NCBI RefSeq assembly: GCF_000011125.1
Contig: NC_000854.2
Location: forward strand, 210,001-242,000
Source of the DNA: Aeropyrum pernix K1
Lineage (GTDB): Archaea > Thermoproteota > Thermoprotei_A > Sulfolobales > Acidilobaceae
Direction: 5' to 3'
Length of the DNA: 32,000 bases
In this document: piece by piece, positions 23,800-32,000 of the stretch
Layout of the letters: the number at the start of each line of letters is the position of its first letter
Numbering within the stretch: position 1 is the first letter of the stretch
Program-made: the position numbers and the translations under genes
The notes under the pieces: model-generated
What the model saw: only the letters and a program-made list of their open reading frames with translations
The model's database searches: none
What the model was told of the DNA's origin: nothing

Positions 23800-25661
23800 C
23801 CGCCGAAAACCCTAGATCTGGCAGCTTTTACAGCCTCCTCGAAGTCCTCGGCACCCTTGACAACACGGTGGTAGGGCATTCCCAGGACCTCCTTTAGATC
23901 TCTCCTCAAGTATCTATAGTCCATTAGTATGTAGAGAGCCCTGTCCTCGGGCCCTCTAATACCCCTCCCAAGAGCCTGTCTAACCTTTATCATCGGATTA
24001 ACAAGGTACACCAGCTTCCTAGCGTTGGAAACCCCAATCCTGGACGCCATAACCTCCAAGTGCTTCCTAGTGTAGTCATCAGGCTGCGGGAACGGGACGC
24101 CCACCACGATAACAGTCGAGAGCAGGTTCCTCCCCTCATAGTCCACGAACTCAACGCCCTCCACAAGCTTGCCGCCAGCCACAGCGTTTATGATAATCTT
24201 CTCCCCAGGATCTCTAGCGAGGATTTTCGCCTCGACCTCGTCCAGGCTGATGCCCCTAGTCTCAACTATAGTCTCCACATCCGCTGGCAGCCTCTCAACA
24301 ACCCTGTACATGACCTCGTAGCTCGGGTACACTGCAAGCTTGAGGCCGGGTAGCAGCCTATCAGCCATTGCTATCCTTGAGGCGATAAGCCTATACATAG
24401 AATCCCCCCGAGACCTGTATGCAGTCGTAACGTCAGCCGCGACTATCGTGAAGAACCTTCCGAAGCCCCGGGCGCCGTACATAAGATTGACGTCGACAAA
24501 CTTGAAGCTCCTTGAGACCCCCAGGACCTCCATGTACAGTTTGGTAGACGGCATGGTTCCACTCAGGAGGACGGCAGCCTTCACCTTCTCGAGCGGCTCC
24601 TTGACAACCCTGGAGGGGTCGAGAGGCGTAGCTATAAGCCATAGCACCCCGCCCTCGTCCTTCTCGGCGAAGAGGTACGAGTCGTCCCTCACCAGGACAG
24701 AGAGCCAGGAGTATATCCTGGAGGCCATCGTTTTAACCCTCCCAATACCCGAGGGGCCTGAGAGAGACAACGCCTCCTCAGCCTTCCTGGCCCTTATAGT
24801 CTCGACTACATCCTCCACTACAGAGAGATCGTCAAGCCCCTCCAGGAAGGGCTGCTTATCCAGAAGGGTTATCCTCGATACTTTCAAGCGTGAGGCCTTT
24901 TTCAAGACGCTCTCGAGCCACGCGATGAAATCCCTCGCCGAGGAGGCATACTCCCTAACCTCTTTGAGAGCAAGATCCAAGTCCCTCTGAGACACCCTGT
25001 ATTCATGGAGGCTGTGTATGTTGAGGAGACTGTGGGCCTCGTCCACAACAGCCACGAAGTCTCCATAGTCGTAGGGCTCGAGGAAAGATCTGAAGATGTC
25101 TTCCTTGAAGAGGTAGGGGTAAGTCGCCACAATGAACTGGCTATCCTCAACGAGCCCCTTCAACGCGAAGAAGGGGCAGGCGCCCTTGAACTTCGCAATA
25201 TCCCATGCCAGCCTGTAAGCGCTTATCACAGGACGGCTCCTCACATACTGGGCAACCTCAGCCTCGTCCAGCCTAGACAGCTCCTCGTAATAGCTGCACA
25301 CGCCTTTAGCCCTGGCTATCCTACAGTTACCCCAAAAATCCTCGACAGACGGCAGCGAGCCCTCAGCCGTCATAAGAGGGCACATACGCCTAGCACTAAA
25401 CAAGAAAGTAAACCTAGCCCCAAACCTCTTCAGCTCCCTCACCACAGGGTCAATCTCGTTGACAGTCCGGACAAGATAGAGAACCCTCTCAGCACCCGCC
25501 GACAGGAGGCCGTATATGACCGCAGCGGTCTTGCCGAACCCCGTGGGGGCGCTCGCCAGAAGTAGCTCACCTTCAGATACAGACCTCCTAACCTCCTCCG
25601 CCAGCTCCCTCTGCCCCTTCCTCCAACTGCCATAGGGGAAGACGATGCTCCCGCCGGACAA
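23796..25661 (-). CDS. xpd: XPD/Rad3-type Fe-S DNA helicase (superfamily 2)
   Basis: Walker A APTGFGKT, DEAH box VVDEAHSL, four Fe-S cluster cysteines (RRMCPLM, GNCRIA, GVCSYY, GACPFF), and C-terminal motif QALGRGIR. TTG start. Confidence 0.9.
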   Translation of the reverse strand: MSGGSIVFPYGSWRKGQRELAEEVRRSVSEGELLLASAPTGFGKTAAVIYGLLSAGAERVLYLVRTVNEIDPVVRELKRFGARFTFLFSARRMCPLMTAEGSLPSVEDFWGNCRIARAKGVCSYYEELSRLDEAEVAQYVRSRPVISAYRLAWDIAKFKGACPFFALKGLVEDSQFIVATYPYLFKEDIFRSFLEPYDYGDFVAVVDEAHSLLNIHSLHEYRVSQRDLDLALKEVREYASSARDFIAWLESVLKKASRLKVSRITLLDKQPFLEGLDDLSVVEDVVETIRARKAEEALSLSGPSGIGRVKTMASRIYSWLSVLVRDDSYLFAEKDEGGVLWLIATPLDPSRVVKEPLEKVKAAVLLSGTMPSTKLYMEVLGVSRSFKFVDVNLMYGARGFGRFFTIVAADVTTAYRSRGDSMYRLIASRIAMADRLLPGLKLAVYPSYEVMYRVVERLPADVETIVETRGISLDEVEAKILARDPGEKIIINAVAGGKLVEGVEFVDYEGRNLLSTVIVVGVPFPQPDDYTRKHLEVMASRIGVSNARKLVYLVNPMIKVRQALGRGIRGPEDRALYILMDYRYLRRDLKEVLGMPYHRVVKGAEDFEEAVKAARSRVFGG

Positions 25662-25685
25662 TACAGCCAGGCACCCCCTAGAGAG

Positions 25686-25739
25686 TCAGACAGCCACCGC
25701 ATCCTCATCCCAGCGATCGGAGATCGAGGTGTTCATCAC
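25686..25739 (-). ncRNA. candidate box C/D sRNA in the XPD leader
   Basis: Minus strand: C box GUGAUGA (25739-25733), 12-nt spacer ACACCUCGAUCU, D'-like CCGA, 5-nt loop, C'-like GGGAUGA (25711-25705), 15-nt spacer, D box CUGA (25689-25686). TTTTATAG (25783-25776) is centred about 41 nt upstream of the C box. Confidence 0.5.
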
Positions 25740-25835
25740 ACCGGGCACCCCCTAGGCGCCAAGGCCCGGCATCCACTATAAAACACTTTGGGGAACAAGC
25801 TTATAGTAGCGGGGGCTCCAGCGGGGGGCTAATTA

Positions 25836-26171
25836 ATGTTGCTGGCGGTCGTTGTGGGCGCTATCCTACACCTCATACTACTCTTCATCCTTCCGGTTAT
25901 AGGCAACATTTTAGCGGGGGCTGTTGCAGGAGTGATAGCCGGAGGGCTCAGCCGAGGGGCTATAGCGGGCCTCGCATCAGGAGCGATAGCCTCCCTAGCT
26001 GCATCCGCCCTCTTCTTCCTCGGCGCCCTCGCCCTTTCCTGGATACCCCCATTAGCCTTCATAGCCGGCCTAGCCGGTGTCCTCGTCATGATAGTACTCC
26101 TCATACTCCTAGGCCTCACTGGCCTAATAGGAGGGCTTATCGGAGGGGCCTTAAGAGAGGCGCTTGACTAG
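25836..26171 (+). CDS. small Gly/Ala-rich (glycine-zipper) membrane protein
   Basis: ATG start with TTATAG about 30 nt upstream. 111 aa, almost entirely hydrophobic, with repeated G-x3-G/A motifs. A hairpin GGGTAG-n5-CTACCC follows right after the stop. Confidence 0.6.
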   Translation: MLLAVVVGAILHLILLFILPVIGNILAGAVAGVIAGGLSRGAIAGLASGAIASLAASALFFLGALALSWIPPLAFIAGLAGVLVMIVLLILLGLTGLIGGLIGGALREALD

Positions 26172-26315
26172 GGGTAGCCTGCCTACCCGCATCCCCAAGA
26201 GAGCTGCCTTTGCGGGCCGTGACTCTACCGAGCTATATGCTTTAACCATTGCAGGAGGCAGGAGGATGAGGAGCTAGGAGCCCTATGCTCAGCCCCCTTG
26301 GGCGGGGGGCTGTTG

Positions 26316-26428
26316 TGGCGGGCCCGCCGGGATTTGAACCCGGGACTTCCGCGGGGCCAGGACGAAGCCCCTCCACTCCCCTCTACGGGTTAAGAGCCCG
26401 CCGCTCTACCAGGCTGAGCTACGGGCCC
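26316..26428 (-). tRNA. tRNA-Lys (anticodon CUU) with a roughly 36-nt intron in the variable-loop region; CCA encoded
   Basis: Minus strand reads GGGCCCG-TA-GCTC-AGCCTGGTA-GAGC-G-GCGGG-CTCTTAA-CCCGT-AG[36 nt]GTC-CCGGG-TTCAAAT-CCCGG-CGGGCCC-G-CCA. All four stems pair (one G-U in the anticodon stem). U33 and A37 are present. Confidence 0.85.
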
Positions 26429-26513
26429 GCTTGTGCCGGGGTTAGAATATCGTAGTGTGAGGCTATAAGAGTTTTCCCCCGCCATCTAGGCGTCTTCCCA
26501 CGTCTTATCAGGC

Positions 26514-27935
26514 TTACATCATTAGGTCCCTGTACTTCTCTACTAGCTGTATACTGCGCTTGATGTCGGCGAAGAGCCTTTCAGCCTCCTCGACATGCTC
26601 TGCCTCAACCCGCCTAGAGCCTCTCCTCTTGGCGACTATCATCGCTGGCTCTAGTAGCTGGATTGCATATCTCAGGCTTTTCTCGGAGCCTATGTCTGCT
26701 AGCCTCTCGAGGGCGTTCTCACTCAGCAGTACCTCCTCCTCGTCCGCCCTTATCCTGATTATCTCCTTAATCTCGTCCCGTGTATACGGCCTTGTCGTTA
26801 TTATGAGTAGTCTGTCTAGTAGGTCTCTGGGTATGCCGTGGGGGCTCTCTATGTCAGTGCCCCTTATCTTGGCGACCCCTCTGTTTGTGGCCAGTACAAT
26901 TATGGGTGCCAGATCGCTCTCCATGGCTTTCGATAGGAACGAGAAGGACTCCATGTCGAGTAGGTGGGCGTCGTCGATGAATATTACGCCAGCAACTATC
27001 TCAGCCTTACCCTCGCCAACCCACTTTTTAACAAGCTCATCAGTCTTCTTCCTATCCTCAGAGGTGACCCCCCTCTCGGCCTCGAACATACTCAGGAGGC
27101 CAGTGAACGCCACCCTCTGAGCAGCTATGCTAGCGTCTATATCGTGTAGCGTTAGCGTTCTAACAAACTCTTTAACCTTGCGAACAGGCCCCTCCGGAAG
27201 CTCAACCTCCCTAACCACGTCAATATCGAAGCTCTGGCCCCTTCCCTTGCCTCTACCGACTACTCTAACCACCCCGGTCTCGAGGTCGATCACGATAACG
27301 TCACCCCTCCTAACTCCAAGGGCTACAAGCTGCTCCGCCACCTCTGGCCCCACTGTAAAGGTTCTCGACTCGTCCTTCGTCTCCAGGGTTATCCTGGCGC
27401 CAGCTATCACCGGGTAGGGGCTGAAGGGCGTCCTCCGCTTTGATACTGATATGCTAGTGACAACGCCCTCGACAACCTCCCTACGCTCCCTAACCCTAAC
27501 TCCAATAGCCTTTCTGAAAGCCTGGAGAAGCATCTCCAGCTTTCCAGAGTCGCCCCTGAAAAGCTCTCCTGCGTTGAGGGCAACGAATGGGGTGTCCTCC
27601 CCCAGCTCCCTCGCTATAGCTATAGCCAGGGCAGTCTTACCTGTGCCCGGGGGCCCCACTATCAGTATTCCCCGGCCGCCAAGCCTACCCTCCCTCACCA
27701 TCTCCACTATAACGCCTGCAGCCTCCCTAGCCTCCTCCTGGCCCACCAGCCCCCCTCCTATTTTCCTGGCCCTGCCATCGGCGTCTAGGCCAAGCCCGGT
27801 TATGTGGCTATGCCTGCTGGCCCCAAATCCCCTGACAACCTCGGCCCTGATCTCCCCGCTCACACCTACCACCCCAGCCTCCAAAGCAGCCTTAGGGCCT
27901 TTCGGAATATCATTAATTCGGAAAGCTATTAACAT
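26514..27935 (-). CDS. TIP49 / RuvB-like (RuvBL1/2, Pontin-Reptin family) AAA+ ATPase
   Basis: HSHITGLGLD, GLVGQEEAREAAG, Walker A GPPGTGKT (nt about 27633-27656), an OB-like domain II insertion between Walker A and Walker B, Walker B VIFIDDAHLLD, and ATNRG. TATA-like TATATTACATAAA lies about 20-30 nt upstream of the ATG. Confidence 0.9.
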   Translation of the reverse strand: MLIAFRINDIPKGPKAALEAGVVGVSGEIRAEVVRGFGASRHSHITGLGLDADGRARKIGGGLVGQEEAREAAGVIVEMVREGRLGGRGILIVGPPGTGKTALAIAIARELGEDTPFVALNAGELFRGDSGKLEMLLQAFRKAIGVRVRERREVVEGVVTSISVSKRRTPFSPYPVIAGARITLETKDESRTFTVGPEVAEQLVALGVRRGDVIVIDLETGVVRVVGRGKGRGQSFDIDVVREVELPEGPVRKVKEFVRTLTLHDIDASIAAQRVAFTGLLSMFEAERGVTSEDRKKTDELVKKWVGEGKAEIVAGVIFIDDAHLLDMESFSFLSKAMESDLAPIIVLATNRGVAKIRGTDIESPHGIPRDLLDRLLIITTRPYTRDEIKEIIRIRADEEEVLLSENALERLADIGSEKSLRYAIQLLEPAMIVAKRRGSRRVEAEHVEEAERLFADIKRSIQLVEKYRDLMM

Positions 27936-28200
27936 TCACGATGAAGACGGGAGTGTTTATGTAATATAGGGGCCCTCGGTTTCAAGCCGGGATCCGCTAT
28001 TGCTCCCAGGTGGAGGAACCATAGATTTAGACTCGCATGGGCGGAAGTGTATAGCAAGGCGTGTAGCAGTTGGAAAGGCGGATAAGGCTCTATGCCTCAT
28101 GTCCTAGAACCTTTGCCACCGCTAGGTGAGACAGTAAGTTGGATTTGCCCCTGGCTGCCGGGTAAGACTCGCTGGAGAGTTGTAGTATGGTTAGGGTCGG

Positions 28201-28698
28201 CTAGACTTCTTCCCTCTCCATTGCCCTGTTTATCTGGTACATGGATTCTGCCGCGTATTTGAGGGCCGACTTTGCCTTCAGGTGCTCTACAGTTGTGTAG
28301 AGGCCTTTAAAGACTATTTCCTCCACGGTACCGTCGGGTAGCTTCCTGATGTCTAGGGTGGCTAGGTCCTCGCCAGCTATATCGCCTGTCCTCGCCTGTA
28401 CAGACCTGAGCTCCTCCTCCACGCTACGCAGGTAAGCTTCTATCTCCTCCGGTAGGGCCATGGGCCACTCCAGAACAACCCTGACATGAGTCTCACCCTT
28501 GTAGAGCCTCGCAACCCTCCTCCGGCCCACCTTCACTTCTTCCATCTTCTCCCCGGGGAGGCTTGACGCCGTAGAGCCTTTCTCGACAATGGCGAGTATC
28601 GTCTTGTAGTACGATATCTCCTCCTCCAAATCCCTGATCCTCGTCTTAATCCACTCTATAACCTCCTCTCTCCTCATCAGCTGCCTCTCGCTCGACAA
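28201..28698 (-). CDS. hypothetical protein with an N-terminal coiled coil
   Basis: 165-aa ORF with protein-like composition (charged helix, then an alpha/beta region). No recognisable catalytic motif. Confidence 0.5.
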   Translation of the reverse strand: MSSERQLMRREEVIEWIKTRIRDLEEEISYYKTILAIVEKGSTASSLPGEKMEEVKVGRRRVARLYKGETHVRVVLEWPMALPEEIEAYLRSVEEELRSVQARTGDIAGEDLATLDIRKLPDGTVEEIVFKGLYTTVEHLKAKSALKYAAESMYQINRAMEREEV

Positions 28699-28785
28699 AA
28701 CCGCTTCCCATGGCTAGGCTTAGGTTTTACGTTATGAATACGCCTTAGGGTTTGTATTACCCGACGCAGCCCAGGATGAGAGGGG

Positions 28786-29904
28786 CTATAATATTCTAAA
28801 CCTCTTCACGCCGCCCCTCTCAATAACCTCCACCTTCATCTCCTCGTAAAGCCTCTTAAGGTGAGCCAGTGCCTCCCCTATGGCGAAGAACTTCTCAACA
28901 GGCGGGTACTCTTCCCAGCTGGTATACCTTGTTCTCCATCTCATGCCCACGGCAACCTCGTAAGCAGTCGCGCTGCCCCTCCTCTTTAGAAGCTCGAGGA
29001 CCTCGCTCAGCCTTCTCCTGTGATGCTCTATCAACTCCCGCGCACGCTCGGCAGGGCTTATAATCGGGTTTCCATGGCCCGGGTATGCTACGAGATATTT
29101 CTTCTGAGCCAGCATTTCCAGGGTTCTAAGGTAGCTGCCCAGCGGGTCGTGCTCCTCATCGTACAGTATAACCGAGGGGGTTATCCTCTCCAAGAGTGTG
29201 TCGCCCACTATAGCGTGGGTCCCATCGAGGGACTCGAGCACAATGTGGCCCGGGGTGTGACCGGGGGCTGGTAACGCCCTATAAGACGCCTCACCAAGCC
29301 TCAGAATGTCCCCTGGGTATATGGGTTTGAGGTCTAGAGACGAGAACGCCCTGTACGCCAGCACAGTCCTGAACACAGGATGCGACCTCCTAATAGACTC
29401 CAAAACCGGCTCGGGAACACCGTGCTCCCTGTAGAGGGTGAGGATATTGTCGACGAACACGTCGGGTGATCCGCTGCGTAGGGGGAGCTCAAGCTCTCCT
29501 ATACCTATGAATACGGTAGGCTCGAATACCTCCCTTAGAATCGCCGCTCCACTCATGTGGTCAACGTGGAAATGGGTGATAACTATCTTGTCCACATCCC
29601 TAATCTTACCCCGAATCCTGCTCTTAATCTTTGCTAGAAGATCGTGGACACTCCTGGCTGAGTACATGCCCGCATCAACCAGATCAACCTCCCCAGCGTC
29701 CTTCTTGAACACTGTGACGTTAACAGAGCCGAGGCTTTGTATCGGTATCCAGACGTTTACCACAGAGAAGGGTTTTTCACCACTGGGCAAAGTACACCTA
29801 ACCCCCAGTTTAACCGATGCGGCGCCCGCGGAAAATATAGATGACGCGTCCGGAGTGGGAGGTGAGGGGGTGTGAAGCGATAGGAGCCTGACGTAGCCAC
29901 CCAA
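28786..29904 (-). CDS. metallo-beta-lactamase-fold hydrolase with a C-terminal winged-helix-like domain
   Basis: HxHxDH motif ITHFHVDHMSGA, later PAPGHTPGH and YPGHG. The C-terminal RRLSEVLELLKRRGSATAYEVAV resembles a wHTH. TTG start at 29904 is uncertain; internal TTG/GTG alternatives exist. Confidence 0.8.
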   Translation of the reverse strand: MGGYVRLLSLHTPSPPTPDASSIFSAGAASVKLGVRCTLPSGEKPFSVVNVWIPIQSLGSVNVTVFKKDAGEVDLVDAGMYSARSVHDLLAKIKSRIRGKIRDVDKIVITHFHVDHMSGAAILREVFEPTVFIGIGELELPLRSGSPDVFVDNILTLYREHGVPEPVLESIRRSHPVFRTVLAYRAFSSLDLKPIYPGDILRLGEASYRALPAPGHTPGHIVLESLDGTHAIVGDTLLERITPSVILYDEEHDPLGSYLRTLEMLAQKKYLVAYPGHGNPIISPAERARELIEHHRRRLSEVLELLKRRGSATAYEVAVGMRWRTRYTSWEEYPPVEKFFAIGEALAHLKRLYEEMKVEVIERGGVKRFRIL

Positions 29905-29951
29905 GTAATACTGGCGCTCCCCAGGCTAGACACTCTACACACTAAGCCGGG

Positions 29952-30503
29952 TTGGGGATGGGGGCTTTGATACTTAGCGATAGGGATATCAGGGCGCTCC
30001 TCGCCATTGGGGATCTCGTTGTGGAGCCTCTCTCCGGGGATACTGTTAGGGAGAACGGGCTCGACCTCAGGCTCGGCAGAGGGTTCTGCAGGTTCAAGCG
30101 GTCTGATAGGGTGTTGGACCCTAGGGCTCCTGGGAGTCCCGGCGAGTTCTACGAATGCGGTGAGGGCGACGAGATTATAGTCGGGCCGGGGGAGCACATG
30201 CTCCTCCACACCCAAGAGTACATCAGGCTCCCGGGCTACGTGGCAGGCCTGGTGAACCTCAGGAGCACCTGGGCGAGGACGGGCATCTACATCCCCGCCA
30301 CCGTTGTGGACGCCGGGTTCGAGGGCCAGCTAACCATAGAGGTGGTGGGCTCCGGGTTCCCAGTCAAACTCTACCCCGGGGACAGGTTCCTACACCTGGT
30401 CCTGGTGAAGCTGCAGAGCCCCGCCATGAACCCCTACAGGGGCAGATACCAGGGCCAGAGGGGCGTGAGGCTGCCTAAGCTCTTCGCGAAAAATACCGGC
30501 TAA
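29952..30503 (+). CDS. dcd: dCTP deaminase (possibly a bifunctional dCTP deaminase/dUTPase)
   Basis: ILSDRDI...NGLDLRLG...ARTGIYIPATVVDAGFEGQLTIEV...YRGRYQGQRG. The likely true start is the ATG at 29958. Confidence 0.88.
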   Translation: MGMGALILSDRDIRALLAIGDLVVEPLSGDTVRENGLDLRLGRGFCRFKRSDRVLDPRAPGSPGEFYECGEGDEIIVGPGEHMLLHTQEYIRLPGYVAGLVNLRSTWARTGIYIPATVVDAGFEGQLTIEVVGSGFPVKLYPGDRFLHLVLVKLQSPAMNPYRGRYQGQRGVRLPKLFAKNTG

Positions 30504-30819
30504 CCTCGGAGACTGCTAGGGATGCTGTAGACGCCAGTAGCGGATAGTACAGGAAGGGCAAGAGTCCGGCGAGACCAGCTATGCCGACCTGGAGCCTCAT
30601 AGCATCTAGTAGTGGGGCTGAAGCTGCAGCCACAAGCACGTAGCCTATAAGCGACGAGCAGGCTGATACTAGTGGGCGGAGTCTCGTGGAGAATAGGGAC
30701 ACTATAGCTGATGCCAGTGGCGGCAATACTATTGAGAGCGGCGGTGGAAGTAGTAGGGATAAGACGGCGAATGCCACTGCCCCTATAACCAGCGCCTCCA
30801 AAACGCCTCTGGAGACCAC
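30475..30819 (-). CDS. small hydrophobic membrane protein (hypothetical)
   Basis: 114-aa ORF with 3-4 predicted TM stretches. GTG start 7 nt after the stop of the acylase gene. The competing frame 30500..30829 is Arg/Ser/Gly-rich and less protein-like. Confidence 0.45.
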   Translation of the reverse strand: MVSRGVLEALVIGAVAFAVLSLLLPPPLSIVLPPLASAIVSLFSTRLRPLVSACSSLIGYVLVAAASAPLLDAMRLQVGIAGLAGLLPFLYYPLLASTASLAVSEVSRYFSRRA

Positions 30820-30825
30820 CTTGCA

Positions 30826-32000
30826 TCATCCCCCTCTGAAAACTATTTTGGCGCCCCCGGGCGGCTCGCCTCCAACGGTCAGTATATGGTATTCTCCGCG
30901 GCAGTAGCCCCAGTAGAGGTTGTCGTAGAAGCTTGATAGCGGCACTCCGCTAGAGCCTCCGGGTAGGCTCATGTAGAGCATTGTCGTGGAGAGGTCCGCA
31001 ATAAGCCTCACGCTCGGGCCAGCCTCGACTGGCGCACCACGGGTTTCGGACACGCTGCTTGGAGGTGCTACATTAACGGTGAACGGCCCACCCGGCGCGG
31101 GACATTCTCCGAAGCCCAGAGCTTCAGACAGGAGGTGTTCAGGGTTGTAATAGTGCATCTCCCCATACACCCAGGCCTCAGGGTTGGGGGAAGCGAAGAA
31201 GGTTTCTGACGTCTTCACCGCCCTCTCCACGGACCTGTTAACCATCCCCTCTAGAGTGCCCTCCGGGAAATAGTTGAAAACCCAATCCTCGCCCCTAAGG
31301 TACGCCTTGAGAGCCTTCTCAGCATACTCCAGCTTGATAAACCTCCAGTGCTCCTCCGAGCCGTAGAGGCTCTCCCAGAAGTCGCGGGCGAAGTACCATG
31401 AAGCGAGGAGGGCAAGAGTGGGTTTGTAGTCGTCTACATTCATTTGGGGATTCTCCGCCCACTCTGCCAGCATGTCCATATACCTTTCGAGCACATGCCC
31501 GCCATCCCCCGATGCCACCCTCACCATGAGAGATACCAGGGTCTTGAGCCCCAGGTCCTCGACGTCCAGCTGTATATCCCTCATGTCACCAGCATCGAGA
31601 GGTTCCTCCGCTGATCTCTCTTGGAGAAGAGTGTAGATCCTCTCAGTTCTGAACCTGTCCGCGTAGTCCCAACCTAGCCCATCCCAGCAACCGTCTTCGA
31701 ATGGTTTGCTGTTTGCCGTAGCCACAAACCCTTGCGGAGGGTTGAAGAGGACGGGGAGGCTTGAGTAGGGCTTGAACCCCCTCCACTCCCCTTCTCCAGC
31801 GCTGCCGTCGAAGGGTAGGAATCCCGTGTTAACAATCGGGCCGTAGCCCGTTTCAATAGTGGGTAGTGTAGCTCTTTCAGGGTATGCGCCGACGGGGCTA
31901 TAGGCTATATTCCCCGCCGAGTCAGCCACTACCATGTTCTGGGGCGGCCCGTAGAAGTATCTCTGCGCGGAGAGAGCGTCTCTAACGCTGCTAGCCTTAT
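30826..32000 (-). CDS. penicillin acylase/amidase family (Ntn hydrolase S45), 5' end outside the window
   Basis: The frame is open to nt 32000 (upstream codons read ..DALSAQRYFYGPPQN before the first Met). Motifs ADSAGNIAY and LFNPPQGFVATANSKP are typical of the beta-subunit of S45 acylases. Confidence 0.8.
   Translation of the reverse strand, partial: KASSVRDALSAQRYFYGPPQNMVVADSAGNIAYSPVGAYPERATLPTIETGYGPIVNTGFLPFDGSAGEGEWRGFKPYSSLPVLFNPPQGFVATANSKPFEDGCWDGLGWDYADRFRTERIYTLLQERSAEEPLDAGDMRDIQLDVEDLGLKTLVSLMVRVASGDGGHVLERYMDMLAEWAENPQMNVDDYKPTLALLASWYFARDFWESLYGSEEHWRFIKLEYAEKALKAYLRGEDWVFNYFPEGTLEGMVNRSVERAVKTSETFFASPNPEAWVYGEMHYYNPEHLLSEALGFGECPAPGGPFTVNVAPPSSVSETRGAPVEAGPSVRLIADLSTTMLYMSLPGGSSGVPLSSFYDNLYWGYCRGEYHILTVGGEPPGGAKIVFRGG

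Noticed and set aside
26255-26300. A third GGATGAGGA string on the plus strand near the tRNA, as a possible further C/D sRNA.
   Set aside because: There is no acceptable C box upstream (GTGACTC only) and no CUGA at a suitable distance downstream.
30500-30829. 109-aa ORF with an ATG start overlapping the acylase stop, as an alternative to the 114-aa membrane ORF.
   Set aside because: The Arg/Gly/Ser-rich sequence is less protein-like than the hydrophobic frame. Only one of the two can be real, and neither is certain.
1-32000. A search for CRISPR arrays, IS elements/transposases, integrases and toxin-antitoxin pairs.
   Set aside because: I saw no regularly spaced 24-40 nt repeats, no transposase/integrase-like ORFs and no terminal inverted repeats. 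The only flanking direct repeat is the 12-mer around the C/D candidate, reported above.

Overview
This window is a gene-dense archaeal chromosome segment. From memory, the protoglobin at the left edge and the overall gene content fit a hyperthermophilic crenarchaeon such as Aeropyrum; I could not verify this by search. Nearly every gene is short-spaced or overlaps its neighbour, and many start with GTG or TTG. I call about 35 protein genes. They include a 5'-truncated protoglobin, several winged-helix regulators and a frameshifted Bcp peroxiredoxin. There is a membrane-anchored cupredoxin and a four-gene operon ending in a beta-solenoid repeat protein. A complete Opp/Dpp-type ABC importer has a substrate-binding protein carrying two PKD domains. 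A GC-rich operon encodes an FGGY kinase, two FAD enzymes and a CitE-like lyase. The remaining calls are TrmO, an M55 aminopeptidase, agmatinase, a phosphohexomutase, PfpI, a ferredoxin, XPD helicase, a TIP49/RuvBL-like AAA+ ATPase, an MBL hydrolase, dCTP deaminase and a 5'-truncated penicillin-acylase-family gene. RNA genes are one tRNA-Lys(CUU), interrupted by about 36 nt in the variable-loop region, and two candidate box C/D sRNAs that share the same box variants. One of these sits in the XPD leader and is flanked by a perfect 12-nt direct repeat. Base composition is mosaic: the ABC operon (about 6.06-13.38 kb) and the first 2 kb are clearly AT-richer than the rest, and the operon is bounded by a roughly 420-bp extremely AT-rich spacer. 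I found no CRISPR array, transposase or integrase. The leads most worth follow-up are the wHTH/small protein/Toastrack-like operon, the protoglobin plus Cys4-MarR pair, the C/D sRNA candidates, two interrupted or start-less enzyme genes (bcp, agmatinase), and domain insertions in the ABC transporter.
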